Origin: Eledone cirrhosa
Taxonomy: Eukaryota
DNA: 64,000 nt
Reading direction: 5' to 3'
Assembly (NCBI GenBank): GCA_964016885.1
Contig: OZ024749.1
Span: forward strand, 28,954,001 to 29,018,000
Numbering within the stretch: position 1 is the first letter of the stretch; each line of letters starts with the position of its first letter. The position numbers and the translations under genes were made by a program. A model generated the notes under the pieces. It had not been told where the DNA came from, ran no database searches, and saw only the letters and a list, made by a program, of their open reading frames with translations. Below, one piece after another: positions 43,201 to 58,200 of the stretch.

Positions 43201-46200
43201 TAACTATATATGTGTGGTGACTGTAAGTGTAACTATATATATGTGGTGACTGTAAGTGGAGTTAACTATATATGTGTGGTGATTGTAAGTGGAGTTAACT
43301 ATATATATGTGGTGACTGTAAGTGTAACTATATATGTGTGGTGACTGTAAGTGCAGTTAACTATATATATATGGTGACTGTAAGTGGAGTTAACTATATA
43401 TGTGTGGTGACTGTAAGTGGAGTTAACTATATATGTGTGGTGACTGTAAGTGGAGTTAACTATACATGTGTGGTGACTGTAAGTGGGGTTAACTATATAT
43501 ATATGGTGACTGTAAGTGGAGTTAACTATATATATGTGGTGACTGTAACTGGATTTAACTATATATATGTGGTGACTGTAAGTGCATTAAACTATATATG
43601 TGTGGTGACTCTAAGTGGAGTTAACTATATATATGTGGTTACTGTAAGTGGAGTTAACTATATATATGTAGTGACTGTAAGTGGAGTTAACTATATATAT
43701 GTGGTGACTGTAAGTGGAGTTAACTATATATATGTGGTGACTGTAAGTGCATTAAACTATATATGTGTGGTGACTCTAAGTGGAGTTAACTATATATATG
43801 TGGTTACTGTAAGTGGAGTTAACTATATATGTGTGGTGACTCTAAGTGGAGTTAACTATATATATGTGGTGACTCTAAGTGGAGTTAATTATATATATGT
43901 GGTGACTGTAAGTGGAGTTAACTATATATATGTGGTGACTGTAAGTGGAGTTAACTATATATATGTGGTGACTGTAAGTGCATTAAACTATATATGTGTG
44001 GTGACTCTAAGTGGAGTTAACTATATATACGTGGTTACTGTAAGTGGAGTTAACTATATATATGTGGTTACTGTAAGTGGAGTTAACTATATATATGTGG
44101 TGACTCTAAGTGGAGTTAACTATATATATGTGGTGACTGTAAGTGGAGTTAACTATATATGTGTGGTGACTGTAAGTGGAGTTAACTATATATATATATG
44201 GTGACTGTAAGTGGAGTTAACTATATATATGTGGTGACTGTAAGTGGAGTAAACTATATATGTGTGGTGACTCTAATTGGAGTTAACTATATATATGTGG
44301 TGACTGTAAGTGGAGCTACCTATATTTTTGTGGTGACTGTAAGTGGAGTTAACTATATATGTGTGGTGACTGTAAGTTTAGCTAACTATATATGTATGGT
44401 GACTGTAAGTGGGGTTAACGATATATGTGTGGTGACTGTAAGTGGAGTTAACTATATATGTGTGGTGACTGTAAGTGGGTTAACTATATATGTGTGGTGA
44501 CTGTAAGTGGAGTTAACTATATATGTGTGGTGACTGTAAGTGGGTTAAATATATAGGTGTGGTGACTGTAAGTGGAGTTAACTATATATGTGTGGTGACT
44601 GTAAGTGGAGTTAACTATATATATATATGGTGACTGTAAGTGGAGTTAACTATATATGTGTGGTGACTGTAAGTGGAGTTAACTATATATATGTGGTGAC
44701 TGTAAGTGGAGCTAACTATATATGTGTGGTGACTGTAAGTGGAGTTAACTATATATGTGTGGTGACTGTAAGTGCAGTAAACTATATATGTATGGTGACT
44801 GTAAGTGGAGTTAACTATATATGTGTGATGACTGTAAGTGGGTTTAACTATATATGTGTGGTGACTGTAAGTGTAACTATATATATGTGGTGACTGTAAG
44901 TGGAGTTAACTATATATGTGTGGTGATTGTAAGTGGAGTTAACTATATATATGTGGTGACTGTAAGTGTAACTATATATGTGTGGTGACTGTAAGTGCAG
45001 TTAACTATATATATATGGTGACTGTAAGTGGAGTTAACTATATATGTGTGGTGACTGTAAGTGGAGTTAACTATATATGTGTGGTGACTGTAAGTGGAGT
45101 TAACTATACATGTGTGGTGACTGTAAGTGGGGTTAACTATATATATATGGTGACTGTAATTGGAGTTAACTATATATATGTGGTGACTGTAACTGGATTT
45201 AACTATATATATGTGGTGACTGTAAGTGCATTAAACTATATATGTGTGGTGACTCTAAGTGGAGTTAACTATATATATGTGGTTACTGTAAGTGGAGTTA
45301 ACTATATATATGTGGTGACTGTAAGTGCATTAAACTATATATGTGTGGTGACTCTAAGTGGAGTTAACTATATATATGTGGTTACTGTAAGTGGAGTTAA
45401 CTATATATGTGTGGTGACTCTAAGTGGAGTTAACTATATATATGTGGTGACTCTAAGTGGAGTTAACTATATATATGTGGTGACTGTAAGTGGAGTTAAC
45501 TATATATATGTGGTGACTGTAAGTGGAGTTAACTATATATATGTGGTGACTGTAAGTGCATTAAACTATATATGTGTGGTGACTCTAAGTGGAGTTAACT
45601 ATATATATGTGGTGACTCTAAGTGGAGTTAACTATATATATGTGGTGACTGTAAGTGGAGTTAACTATATATATGTGGTGACTCTAAGTGGAGTTAACTA
45701 TATATATGTGGTGACTGTAAGTGGAGTTAACTATATATGTGTGGTGACTGTAAGTGGAGTTAACTATATATATATATGGTGACTGTAAGTGGAGTTAACT
45801 ATATATATGTGGTGACTGTAAGTGGAGTAAACTATATATGTGTGGTGACTCTAATTGGAGTTAACTATATATATGTGGTGACTGTAAGTGGAGCTACCTA
45901 TATTTTTGTGGTGACTGTAAGTGGAGTTAACTATATATGTGTGGTGACTGTAAGTTTAGCTAACTATATATGTATGGTGACTGTAAGTGGGGTTAACGAT
46001 ATATGTGTGGTGACTCTAAGTGGAGTTAACTATATATATGTGGTGACTGTAAGTGGAGCTACCTATATATATGTGGTGACTGTAAGTGGAGTTAACTATA
46101 TATGTGTGGTGACTGTAAGTTTAGCTAACTATATATGTATGGTGACTGTAAGTGGGGTTAACGATATATGTGTGGTGACTCTAAGTGGAGTTAACTATAT

Positions 46201-49200
46201 ATATGTGGTGACTGTAAGTGGGTTAACTATATATGTGTGGTGACTGTAAGTGGAGTTAACTATATATGTGTGGTGACTGTAAGTGGGTTAAATATATATG
46301 TGTGGTGACTGTAAGTGGAGTTAACTATATATGTGTGGTGACTGTAAGTGGAGTTAACTATATATATATATGGTGACTGTAAGTGGAGTTAACTATATAT
46401 GTGTGGTGACTGTAAGTGGAGTTAACTATATATATGTGGTGACTGTAAGTGGAGCTAACTATATATGTGTGGTGACTGTAAGTGGAGTTAACTATATATG
46501 TGTGGTGACTGTAAGTGCAGTAAACTATATATGTATGGTGACTGTAAGTGGAGTTAACTATATATGTGTGATGACTGTAAGTGGGTTTAACTATATATGT
46601 GTGGTGACTGTAAGTGTAACTATATATATGTGGTGACTGTAAGTGGAGTTAACTATATATGTGTGGTGATTGTAAGTGGAGTTAACTATATATATGTGGT
46701 GACTGTAAGTGTAACTATATATGTGTGGTGATTGTAAGTGCAGTTAACTATATATATATGGTGACTGTAAGTGGAGTTAACTATATATGTGTGGTGACTG
46801 TAAGTGGAGTTAACTATATATGTGTGGTGACTGTAAGTGGAGTTAACTATATATGTGTGGTGACTGTAAGTGGGGTTAACTATATATATATGGTGACTGT
46901 AAGTGGAGTTAACTATATATATGTGGTGACTGTAACTGGATTTAACTATATATATGTGGTGACTGTAAGTGCATTAAACTATATATGTGTGGTGACTCTA
47001 AGTGGAGTTAACTATATATATGTGGTTACTGTAAGTGGAGTTAACTATATATATGTGGTGACTGTAAGTGGAGTGAACTATATATATGTGGTGACTGTAA
47101 GTGCATTAAACTATATATGTGTGGTGACTCTAAGTGGAGTTAACTATATATATGTGGTTACTGTAAGTGGAGTTAACTATATATGTGTGGTGACTGTAAG
47201 TGGAGTTAACTATATATATGTGGTGACTCTAAGTGGAGTTAACTATATATATGTGGTGACTGTAAGTGGAGTTAACTATATATGTGTGGTGACTGTAAGT
47301 GGAGTTAACTATATATATATATGGTGACTGTAAGTGGAGTTAACTATATATATGTGGTGACTGTAAGTGGAGTAAACTATATATATGTGGTGACTCTAAC
47401 TGGAGTTAACTATATATATGTGGTGACTGTAAGTGGAGCTACCTATATTTTTGTGGTGACTGTAAGTGGAGTTAACTATATATGTGTGGTGACTGTAAGT
47501 TTAGCTAACTATATATGTATGGTGACTGTAAGTGGGGTTAACGATATATGTGTGGTGACTCTAAGTGGAGTTAACTATATATATGTGGTGACTGTAAGTG
47601 GAGCTACCTATATATATGTGGTGACTGTAAGTGGAGTTAACTATATATGTGTGGTGACTGTAAGTTTAGCTAACTATATATGTATGGTGACTGTAAGTGG
47701 GGTTAACGATATATGTGTGGTGACTCTAAGTGGAGTTAACTATATATATGTGGTGACTGTAAGTGGAGTTAACTATATATGTGTGGTGACTGTAAGTGGA
47801 GTTAACTATATATATATATGGTGACTGTAAGTGGAGTTAACTATATATATGTGGTGACTGTAAGTGGAGTAAACTATATGTGTGGTGACTCTAAGTGGAG
47901 TTAACTATATATATGTGGTGACTGTAAGTGGAGCTACCTATATATATGTGGTGACTGTAAGTGGAGTTAACTATATATGTGTGGTGACTGTAAGTTTAGC
48001 TAACTATATATGTATGGTGACTGTAAGTGGGGTTAACGATATATGTGTGGTGACTCTAAGTGGAGTTAACTATATATATGTGGTGACTGTAAGTGGAGCT
48101 ACCTATATATATGTGGTGACTGTAAGTGGAGTTAACTATATATGTGTGGTAACTGTAAGTTTAGCTAACTATATATGTATGGTGACTGTAAGTGGGGTTA
48201 ACGATATATGTGTGGTGACTGTAAGTGGGTTAACTATATATGTGTGGTGACTGTAAGTGGAGTTAACGCTATATGTGTGGTGACTGTAAGTGGAGTTAAC
48301 TATATATATATATGGTGACTGTAAGTGGAGTTAACTATATATGTGTGGTGATTATAAGTGGAGTTAACTATGTATAACTGGTGACTCTAAGTGGAGTAAA
48401 CTATATATGTGTGGTGCCTCTAAGTGGAGTTAACTATATATATATGTGTGGTGACTCTAAGTGGAGTTAACTATATATATGTGGTGACTGTAAGTGGAGT
48501 TAACTATATATATGTGGTTACTGTAAGTGGAGCTAACTATATATGTGTGGTGACTGTAAGTGGAGTTAACTATATATGTGTGGTGACTGTAATTTTAGCT
48601 AACTATATATGTATGGTGACTGTAAGTGGGTTTAACGATATATGTGTGGTGACTGTAAGTGGAGTTAACTATATATGTGTGGTGACTGTAAGTGGGTTAA
48701 CTATATATGTGTGGTGACTGTAAGTGGAGTTAACTATATATGTGTGGTGACTGTAAGTGGAGTTAACTATATATATATATGGTGACTGTAAGTGGAGTTA
48801 ACTATATATGTGTGGTGACTGTAAGTGGAGTTAACTATATATATGTGGTGACTGTAAGTGCATTAAACTATATATGTGTGGTGACTCTAAGTGGAGTTAA
48901 CTATATATATGTGGTGACTGTAAGTGGAGTAAATTATATATGTGTGGTGACTCTAAGTGGAGTTAACTATATATATGTGGTGACTGTAAGTGGAGTTAAC
49001 TATATATGTGTGGTGACTGTAAGTTTAGCTAACTATATATGTATGGTGACTGTAAGTGGGGTAAACGATATATGTGTGGTGACTGTAAGTGGAGTTAACT
49101 ATATATGTGTGGTGACTGTAAGTGGGTTAACTATATATGTGTGGTGACTGTAAGTGGAGTTAACTATATATGTGTGGTGACTGTAAGTGGAGTTAACTAT

Positions 49201-52200
49201 ATATGTGTGGTGACTGTAAGTGGGTTAAATATATATGTGTGGTGACTGTAAGTGGAGTTAACTATATATGTGTGGTGACTGTAAGTGGAGTTAAGTATAT
49301 ATATATATGGTGACTGTAAGTGGAGTTAACTATATATGTGTGGTGACTGTAAGTGGAGTTAACTATATATATGTGGTGACTGTAAGTGGAGCTAACTATA
49401 TATGTGTGGTGACTGTAAGTGGAGTTAACTATATATATGTGGTGACTGTAAGTGGAGATAACTATATATATGTGGTGACTGTAAGTGGAGTTAACTATAT
49501 ATATGTGGTTACTGTAAGTGGAGCTAACTATATATGTGTGGTGACTGTAAGTGGAGATAACTATATATGTGTGGTGACTGTAAGTTTAGCTAACTATATA
49601 TGTATGGTGACTGTAAGTGGGTTAACTATATATGTGTGGTGACTGTAAGTGGAGTTAACTATATATGTGTGGTGACTGTAAGTGGAGTTAACTATATATG
49701 TGTGGTGACTGTAAGTGGGTTAAATATATATGTGTGGTGACTGTAAGTGGAGTTAACTATATATGTGTGGTGACTGTAAGTGGAGTTAACTATATATGTG
49801 TGGTGACTGTAAGTGGAGTTAACTATATATATGCGTGGTGACTGTAAGTGGAGTTAACTATATATATGTGGTGACTGTAATTGGAGTTAACTATATATGT
49901 GTGGTGACTGTAAGTGGAGTTAACTATATATATATATGGTGACTGTAAGTGGAGTTAACTATATATATGTGGTGACTGTAAGTGGAGATAACTATATATA
50001 TGTGGTGACTGTAAGTGGAGTTAACTATATATATATGGTGACTGTAAGTGGAGTTAACTATATATATGTGGTGACTCTAAGTGGAGTTAACTATATATGT
50101 GTGGTGACTCTAAGTGGAGTTAACTATATATATGTGGTTACTGTAAGTGGAGTTAACTATATATATGTGGTGACTGTAAGTGGAGTTAACTATATATGTG
50201 TGGTGACTGTAAGTGGAGTAAACTATATATGTGTGGTGACTCTAAGTGGAGTTAACTATATATATGTGGTTACTGTAAGTGGAGTTAACTATATATGTGT
50301 GGTGACTGTAAGTGGAGTTAACTATATATATGTGGTGACTGTAAGTGGAGTTAACTATATATGTGTGGTGACTGTAAGTGGAGTTAACTATATATGTGTG
50401 GTGACTCTAAGTGGAGTTAACTATAAATATGTGGTTACTGTAAGTGGAGTTAACTATATATATGTGGTGACTGTAAGTGGAGTTAACTATATATGTGTGG
50501 TGACTGTAAGTGGAGTAAACTATATATGTGTGGTGACTCTAAGTGGAGTTAACTATATATATGTGGTTACTGTAAGTGGAGTTAACTATATATGTGTGGT
50601 GACTGTAAGTGGAGTTAACTATATATGTGTGGTGACTCTAAGTGGAGTTAACTATATATATGTGGTTACTGTAAGTGGAGTTAACTATATATATGTGGTG
50701 ACTGTAAGTGGAGTTAACTATATATGTGTGGTGACTGTAAGTGGAGTTAACTATATATATATATGGTGACTGTAAGTGGAGTTAACTATATATATGTGGT
50801 GACTGTAAGTGGAGTAAACTATATATGTGTGGTGACTCTAAGTGGAGTTAACTATATATATGTGGTGACTGTAAGTGGAGCTACCTATATATATGTGGTG
50901 AGTGTAAGTGGAGTTAACTATATATGTGTGGTGACTGTAAGTGGAGTTAACTATATATGTGTGGTGACTGTAAATTTAGCTAACTATATATGTATGGTGA
51001 CTGTAAGTGGGGTTAACGATATATGTGTGGTGACTGTAAGTGGAGTTAACTATATATGTGTGGTGACTGTAAGTGGAGTTAACTATATATGTGTGGTGAC
51101 TGTAAGTGGAGTTAATTATATATGTGTGGTGACTGTAAGTGGAGTTAACTATATATGTGTGGTGATTATAAGTGGAGTTAACTATGTATAACTGGTGACT
51201 CTAAGTGGAGTAAACTATATATGTGTGGTGCCTCTAAGTGGAGTTAACTATATATATATGTGTGGTGACTCTAAGTGGAGTTAACTATATATATGTGGTG
51301 ACTGTAAGTGGAGTTAACTATATATATGTGGTTACTGTAAGTGGAGTTAACTATATATGTGTGGTGACTGTAAGTGGAGTTAACTATATATGTGTGGTGA
51401 CTGTAATTTTAGCTAACTATATATGTATGGTGACTGTAAGTGGGTTTAATGATATATGTCTGGTGACTGTAAGTGGAGTTAACTATATATGTGTGGTGAC
51501 TGTATGTGGGTTAACTATATATGTGTGGTGACTGTAAGTGGAGTTAACTATATATGTGTGGTGACTGTAAGTGGAGTTAACTATATATATATATGGTGAC
51601 TGTAAGTGGAGTTAACTATATATGTGTGGTGACTGTAAGTGGAGTTAACTATATATATGTGGTGACTGTAAGTGGAGCTAACTATATATGTGTGGTGACT
51701 CTAAGTGGAGTTAACTATATATATGTGGTTACTGTAAGTGGAGCTACCTATATATATATATGGTGACTGTAAGTGGAGTTAACTATATATATGTGGTGAC
51801 TGTAAGTGCATTAAACTATAAATGTGTGGTGACTCTAAGTGGAGTTAACTATATATATGTGGTGACTGTAAGTGGAGTAAACTATATATGTGTGGTGACT
51901 CTAAGTGGAGTTAACTATATATATGTGGTGACTGTAAGTGGAGTTAACTATATATGTATGGTGACTGTAAGTTGGGTTAACGATATATGTGTGGTGACTG
52001 TAAGTGGAGTTAACTATATATGTGTGGTGACTATAAGTGGGTTAACTATATATGTGTGGTGACTGTAAGTGGAGTTAACTATATATGTGTGGTGACTGTA
52101 AGTGGAGTTAACTATATATATATGTGGTGACTGTAAGTGGAGTTAACTATATATGTGTGGTGACTGTAAGTGGAGTTAACTATATATATGTGGTGACTCT

Positions 52201-55200
52201 AAGTGGAGCTAACTATATATGTGTGGTGACTGTAATTGGAGTTAACTATATATGTGTGGTGACTGTAAATGCAGTAAACTATATATGTATGGTGACTGTA
52301 AGTGGAGTTAACTATTTATGTGTGGTGACTGTAAGTGGAGTTAACTATATATGTGTGGTGACTGTAAGTGGAGTTAACTATATATATGCGTGGTGACTGT
52401 AAGTGGAGTTAACTATATATGTGTGGTGACTGTAAGTGTAACTATATATATGTGGTGACTGTAAGTGGAGTTAACTATATATGTGTGGTGATTGTAAGTG
52501 GAGTTAACTATATATATGTGGTTACTGTAAGTGGAGTTAACTATATATGTGTGGTGACTGTAAGTGGAGTTAACTATATATATGTGGTGACTGTAAGTGG
52601 AGTTAACTATATATATGTGGTGACTGTAAGTGGAGTTAACTATATATATGTGGTGACTGTAAGTGGAGTTAACTATATATGTGTGGTGACTGTAAGTGGA
52701 GTTAACTATATATGTGTGATGACTGTAAGTGGGTTTAACTATATATGTGTGGTGACTGTAAGTGGAGTTAACTATATATGTGTGGTGACTGTAAGTGGAG
52801 TTAACTATATATATGCGTGGTGACTGTAAGTGGAGTTAACTATATATATGTGGTGACTGTAATTGGAGTTAACTATATATATATATGGTGACTGTAAGTG
52901 GAGTTAACTATATATATGTGGTGACTGTAAGTGGAGATAACTATATATATGTGGTGACTGTAAGTGGAGTTAACTATATATATATGGTGACTGTAAGTGG
53001 AGTTAACTATATATATGTGGTGACTCTAAGTGGAGTTAACTATATATGTGTGGTGACTCTAAGTGGAGTTAACTATATATATGTGGTTACTGTAAGTGGA
53101 GTTAACTATATATATGTGGTGACTGTAAGTGGAGTTAACTATATATGTGTGGTGACTGTAAGTGGAGTAAACTATATATGTGTGGTGACTCTAAGTGGAG
53201 TTAACTATATATATGTGGTTACTGTAAGTGGAGTTAACTATATATGTGTGGTGACTGTAAGTGGAGTTAACTATATATATGTGGTGACTGTAAGTGGAGT
53301 TAACTATATATGTGTGGTGACTGTAAGTGGAGTTAACTATATATGTGTGGTGACTCTAAGTGGAGTTAACTATAAATATGTGGTTACTGTAAGTGGAGTT
53401 AACTATATATATGTGGTGACTGTAAGTGGAGTTAACTATATATGTGTGGTGACTGTAAGTGGAGTAAACTATATATGTGTGGTGACTCTAAGTGGAGTTA
53501 ACTATATATATGTGGTTACTGTAAGTGGAGTTAACTATATATGTGTGGTGACTGTAAGTGGAGTAAACTATATATGTGTGGTGACTCTAAGTGGAGTTAA
53601 CTATATATATGTGGTTACTGTAAGTGGAGTTAACTATATATATGTGGTGACTGTAAGTGGAGTTAACTATATATGTGTGGTGACTGTAAGTGGAGTTAAC
53701 TATATATATATATGGTGACTGTAAGTGGAGTTAACTATATATATGTGGTGACTGTAAGTGGAGTAAACTATATATGTGTGGTGACTCTAAGTGGAGTTAA
53801 CTATATATATGTGGTGACTGTAAGTGGAGCTACCTATATATATGTGGTGAGTGTAAGTGGAGTTAACTATATATGTGTGGTGACTGTAAGTGGAGTTAAC
53901 TATATATGTGTGGTGACTGTAAATTTAGCTAACTATATATGTATGGTGACTGTAAGTGGGGTTAACGATATATGTGTGGTGACTGTAAGTGGAGTTAACT
54001 ATATATGTGTGGTGACTGTAAGTGGAGTTAACTATATATATATATGGTGACTGTAAGTGGAGTTAACTATATATGTGTGGTGACTGTAAGTGGAGTTAAC
54101 TATATATGTGTGGTGACTGTAAGTGGAGTTAATTATATATGTGTGGTGACTGTAAGTGGAGTTAACTATATATGTGTGGTGATTATAAGTGGAGTTAACT
54201 ATGTATAACTGGTGACTCTAAGTGGAGTAAACTATATATGTGTGGTGCCTCTAAGTGGAGTTAACTATATATATATGTGTGGTGACTCTAAGTGGAGTTA
54301 ACTATATATATGTGGTGACTGTAAGTGGAGTTAACTATATATATGTGGTTACTGTAAGTGGAGTTAACTATATATGTGTGGTGACTGTAAGTGGAGTTAA
54401 CTATATATGTGTGGTGACTGTAATTTTAGCTAACTATATATGTATGGTGACTGTAAGTGGGTTTAATGATATATGTCTGGTGACTGTAAGTGGAGTTAAC
54501 TATATATGTGTGGTGACTGTATGTGGGTTAACTATATATGTGTGGTGACTGTAAGTGGAGTTAACTATATATGTGTGGTGACTGTAAGTGGAGTTAACTA
54601 TATATATATATGGTGACTGTAAGTGGAGTTAACTATATATGTGTGGTGACTGTAAGTGGAGTTAACTATATATATGTGGTGACTGTAAGTGGAGCTAACT
54701 ATATATGTGTGGTGACTCTAAGTGGAGTTAACTATATATATGTGGTTACTGTAAGTGGAGCTACCTATATATATATATGGTGACTGTAAGTGGAGTTAAC
54801 TATATATATGTGGTGACTGTAAGTGCATTAAACTATAAATGTGTGGTGACTCTAAGTGGAGTTAACTATATATATGTGGTGACTGTAAGTGGAGTAAACT
54901 ATATATGTGTGGTGACTCTAAGTGGAGTTAACTATATATATGTGGTGACTGTAAGTGGAGTTAACTATATATGTATGGTGACTGTAAGTTGGGTTAACGA
55001 TATATGTGTGGTGACTGTAAGTGGAGTTAACTATATATGTGTGGTGACTATAAGTGGGTTAACTATATATGTGTGGTGACTGTAAGTGGAGTTAACTATA
55101 TATGTGTGGTGACTGTAAGTGGAGTTAACTATATATATGTGGTGACTCTAAGTGGAGCTAACTATATATGTGTGGTGACTGTAATTGGAGTTAACTATAT

Positions 55201-58200
55201 ATGTGTGGTGACTGTAAATGCAGTAAACTATATATGTATGGTGACTGTAAGTGGAGTTAACTATTTATGTGTGGTGACTGTAAGTGGAGTTAACTATATA
55301 TGTGTGGTGACTGTAAGTGGAGTTAACTATATATATGCGTGGTGACTGTAAGTGGAGTTAACTATATATGTGTGGTGACTGTAAGTGTAACTATATATAT
55401 GTGGTGACTGTAAGTGGAGTTAACTATATATGTGTGGTGATTGTAAGTGGAGTTAACTATATATATGTGGTTACTGTAAGTGGAGTTAACTATATATGTG
55501 TGGTGACTGTAAGTGGAGTTAACTATATATATGTGGTGACTGTAAGTGGAGTTAACTATATATATGTGGTGACTGTAAGTGGAGTTAACTATATATATGT
55601 TGGGACTGTAAGTGGAGTTAAATATATATATGTGGTGACTGTAAGTGTAGTTAACTATATATGTGTGGTGACTGTAAGTGGAGTTAACTATATATGTGTG
55701 GTGACTGTAAGTGGAGTTAACTATATATATGCGTGGTGACTGTAAGTGGAGTTAACTATATATATGTGGTGACTGTAAGTGGAGTTAACTATATATGTGT
55801 GGTGACTGTAAGTGGAGTTAACTATATATGTGTGATGACTGTAAGTGGGTTTAACTATATATGTGTGGTGACTGTAAGTGGAGTTAACTATATATGTGTG
55901 GTGATTGTAAGTGGAGTTAACTATATATGTGTGGTGACTGTAAGTGAGGCTAACTATACATGTGTGGTGACTGTAAGTGGAGTTAACTATATATGTGTGG
56001 TGACTGTAAGTGGAGTTAACTATATATATATATGGTGACGGTAAGAGGAGTTAACTATATATGTGTGGTGACTGTAAGTGGAGTTAACTATATATGTGTG
56101 GTGACTGTAAGTTTAGCTAACTTTATATGTGTGGTGACTGTAAGTGGAGTTAACTATATATGTGTGGTGACTATAAGTTTAGCTAACTATATATGTGTGG
56201 TGACTGTAAGTGGAGTTAACTATATATGTGTGGTGACTATAAGTTTAGCCAACTATATATGTGTGGTGACTGTAAGTGGAGTTAACTATATATGTGTGGT
56301 GACTGTAAGTTTAGCTAACTATATATGTGTGGTGACTGTAAGTGGAGTTAACTATATATGTGTGGTGACTATAAGTTTAGCTAACTATACATGTGTGGTG
56401 ACTGTAAGTGGAGTTAACTATATATGTGTGGTGAGTGTAAGTGGAGTTAACTATATATGTGTGGTGACTGTAAGTGGAGTTAACTATATATGTGTGGTGA
56501 CTGTAAGTGGAGTTAACTATATATATGCGTGGTGACTGTAAGTGGAGTTAACTATATATATGTGGTGACTGTAAGTGGAGTTAACTATATATGTGTGGTG
56601 ACTGTAAGTGGAGTTAACTATATATATATATGGTGACTGTAAGTGGCGTTAACTATATATATGTGGTGACTGTAAGTGGAGATTACTATATATATGTGGT
56701 GACTGTAAGTGGAGTTAACTATATATATATGGTGACTGTAAGTGGAGTTAACTATATATATGTGGTGACTCTAAGTGGAGTTAACTATATATATGTGGTG
56801 ACTGTAAGTGGAGTTAACTATATATATATGTGGTGACTGTAAGTGCAGTAAACTATATATGTATGGTGACTGTAAGTGGAATTAACTATATATGTGTGGT
56901 GACTGTAAGTGGAGTTAACTATATATGTGTGGTGACTGTAAGTGGAGTTAACTATATATATGTGTGGTGACTGTAAGTGGAGTTAACTATATATATGTGG
57001 TGACTGTAACTGGAGTTAACTATATATATGTGTGGTGACTGTAAGTGGAGTTAACTATATATAACTGGTGACTCTAAGTGGAGTTAACTATATATGTGTG
57101 GTGACTGTAAGTGGAGTTAACTATATATTTGTGGTGACTGTAAGTGGAGTTAACAATATATATATATGGTGACTGTAAGTGGAGTTAACTATATATGTGT
57201 GGTGACTGTAAGTGGAGTTAACTATATATATGTGGTGACTGTAAGTGGAGTTAACTATATATGTGTAGTGACTGTAAGTGCAGTAAACTATATATGTATG
57301 GTGACTGTAAGTGGAGTTAACTATATATGTGTGATGACTGTAAGTGGGTTTAACTATATATGTGTGGTGACTGTAAGTGTAACTATATATATGTGGTGAC
57401 TGTAAGTGGAGTTAACTATATATGTGTGGTGATTGTAAGTGGAGTTAACTATATATATGTGGTTACTGTAAGTGGAGTTAACTATATATGTGTGGTGACT
57501 GTAAGTGGAGTTAACTATATATATGTGGTGACTGTAAGTGGAGTTAACTATATATATGTGGTGACTGTAAGTGGAGTTAACTATATATATGTTGGGACTG
57601 TAAGTGGAGTTAACTATATATATGTGGTGACTGTAAGTGTAGTTAACTATATATGTGTGGTGACTGTAAGTGGAGTTAACTATATATGTATGGTGACTGT
57701 AAGTGGAGTTAACAATATATGTGTGGTGACTGTAAGTGTAGTTAACTATATATATGCGTGGTGACTGTAAGTGGAGTTAACTATATATATGTGGTGACTG
57801 TAAGTGGAGTTAACTATATATGTGTGGTGACTGTAAGTGGAGTTAACTATATATGTGTGATGACTGTAAGTGGGTTTAACTATATATGTGTGGTGACTGT
57901 AAGTGGAGTTAACTATATATGTGTGGTGATTGTAAGTGGAGTTAACTATATATGTGTGGTGACTGTAAGTGAGGCTAACTATACATGTGTGGTGACTGTA
58001 AGTGGAGTTAACTATATATGTGTGGTGACTGTAAGTGGAGTTAACTATATATATATATGGTGACTGTAAGAGGAGTTAACTATATATGTGTGGTGACTGT
58101 AAGTGGAGTTAACTATATATGTGTGGTGACTATAAGTTTAGCTAACTATATATGTGTGGTGAGTGTAAGTGGAGTTAACTATATATATGTGTGGTGACTG

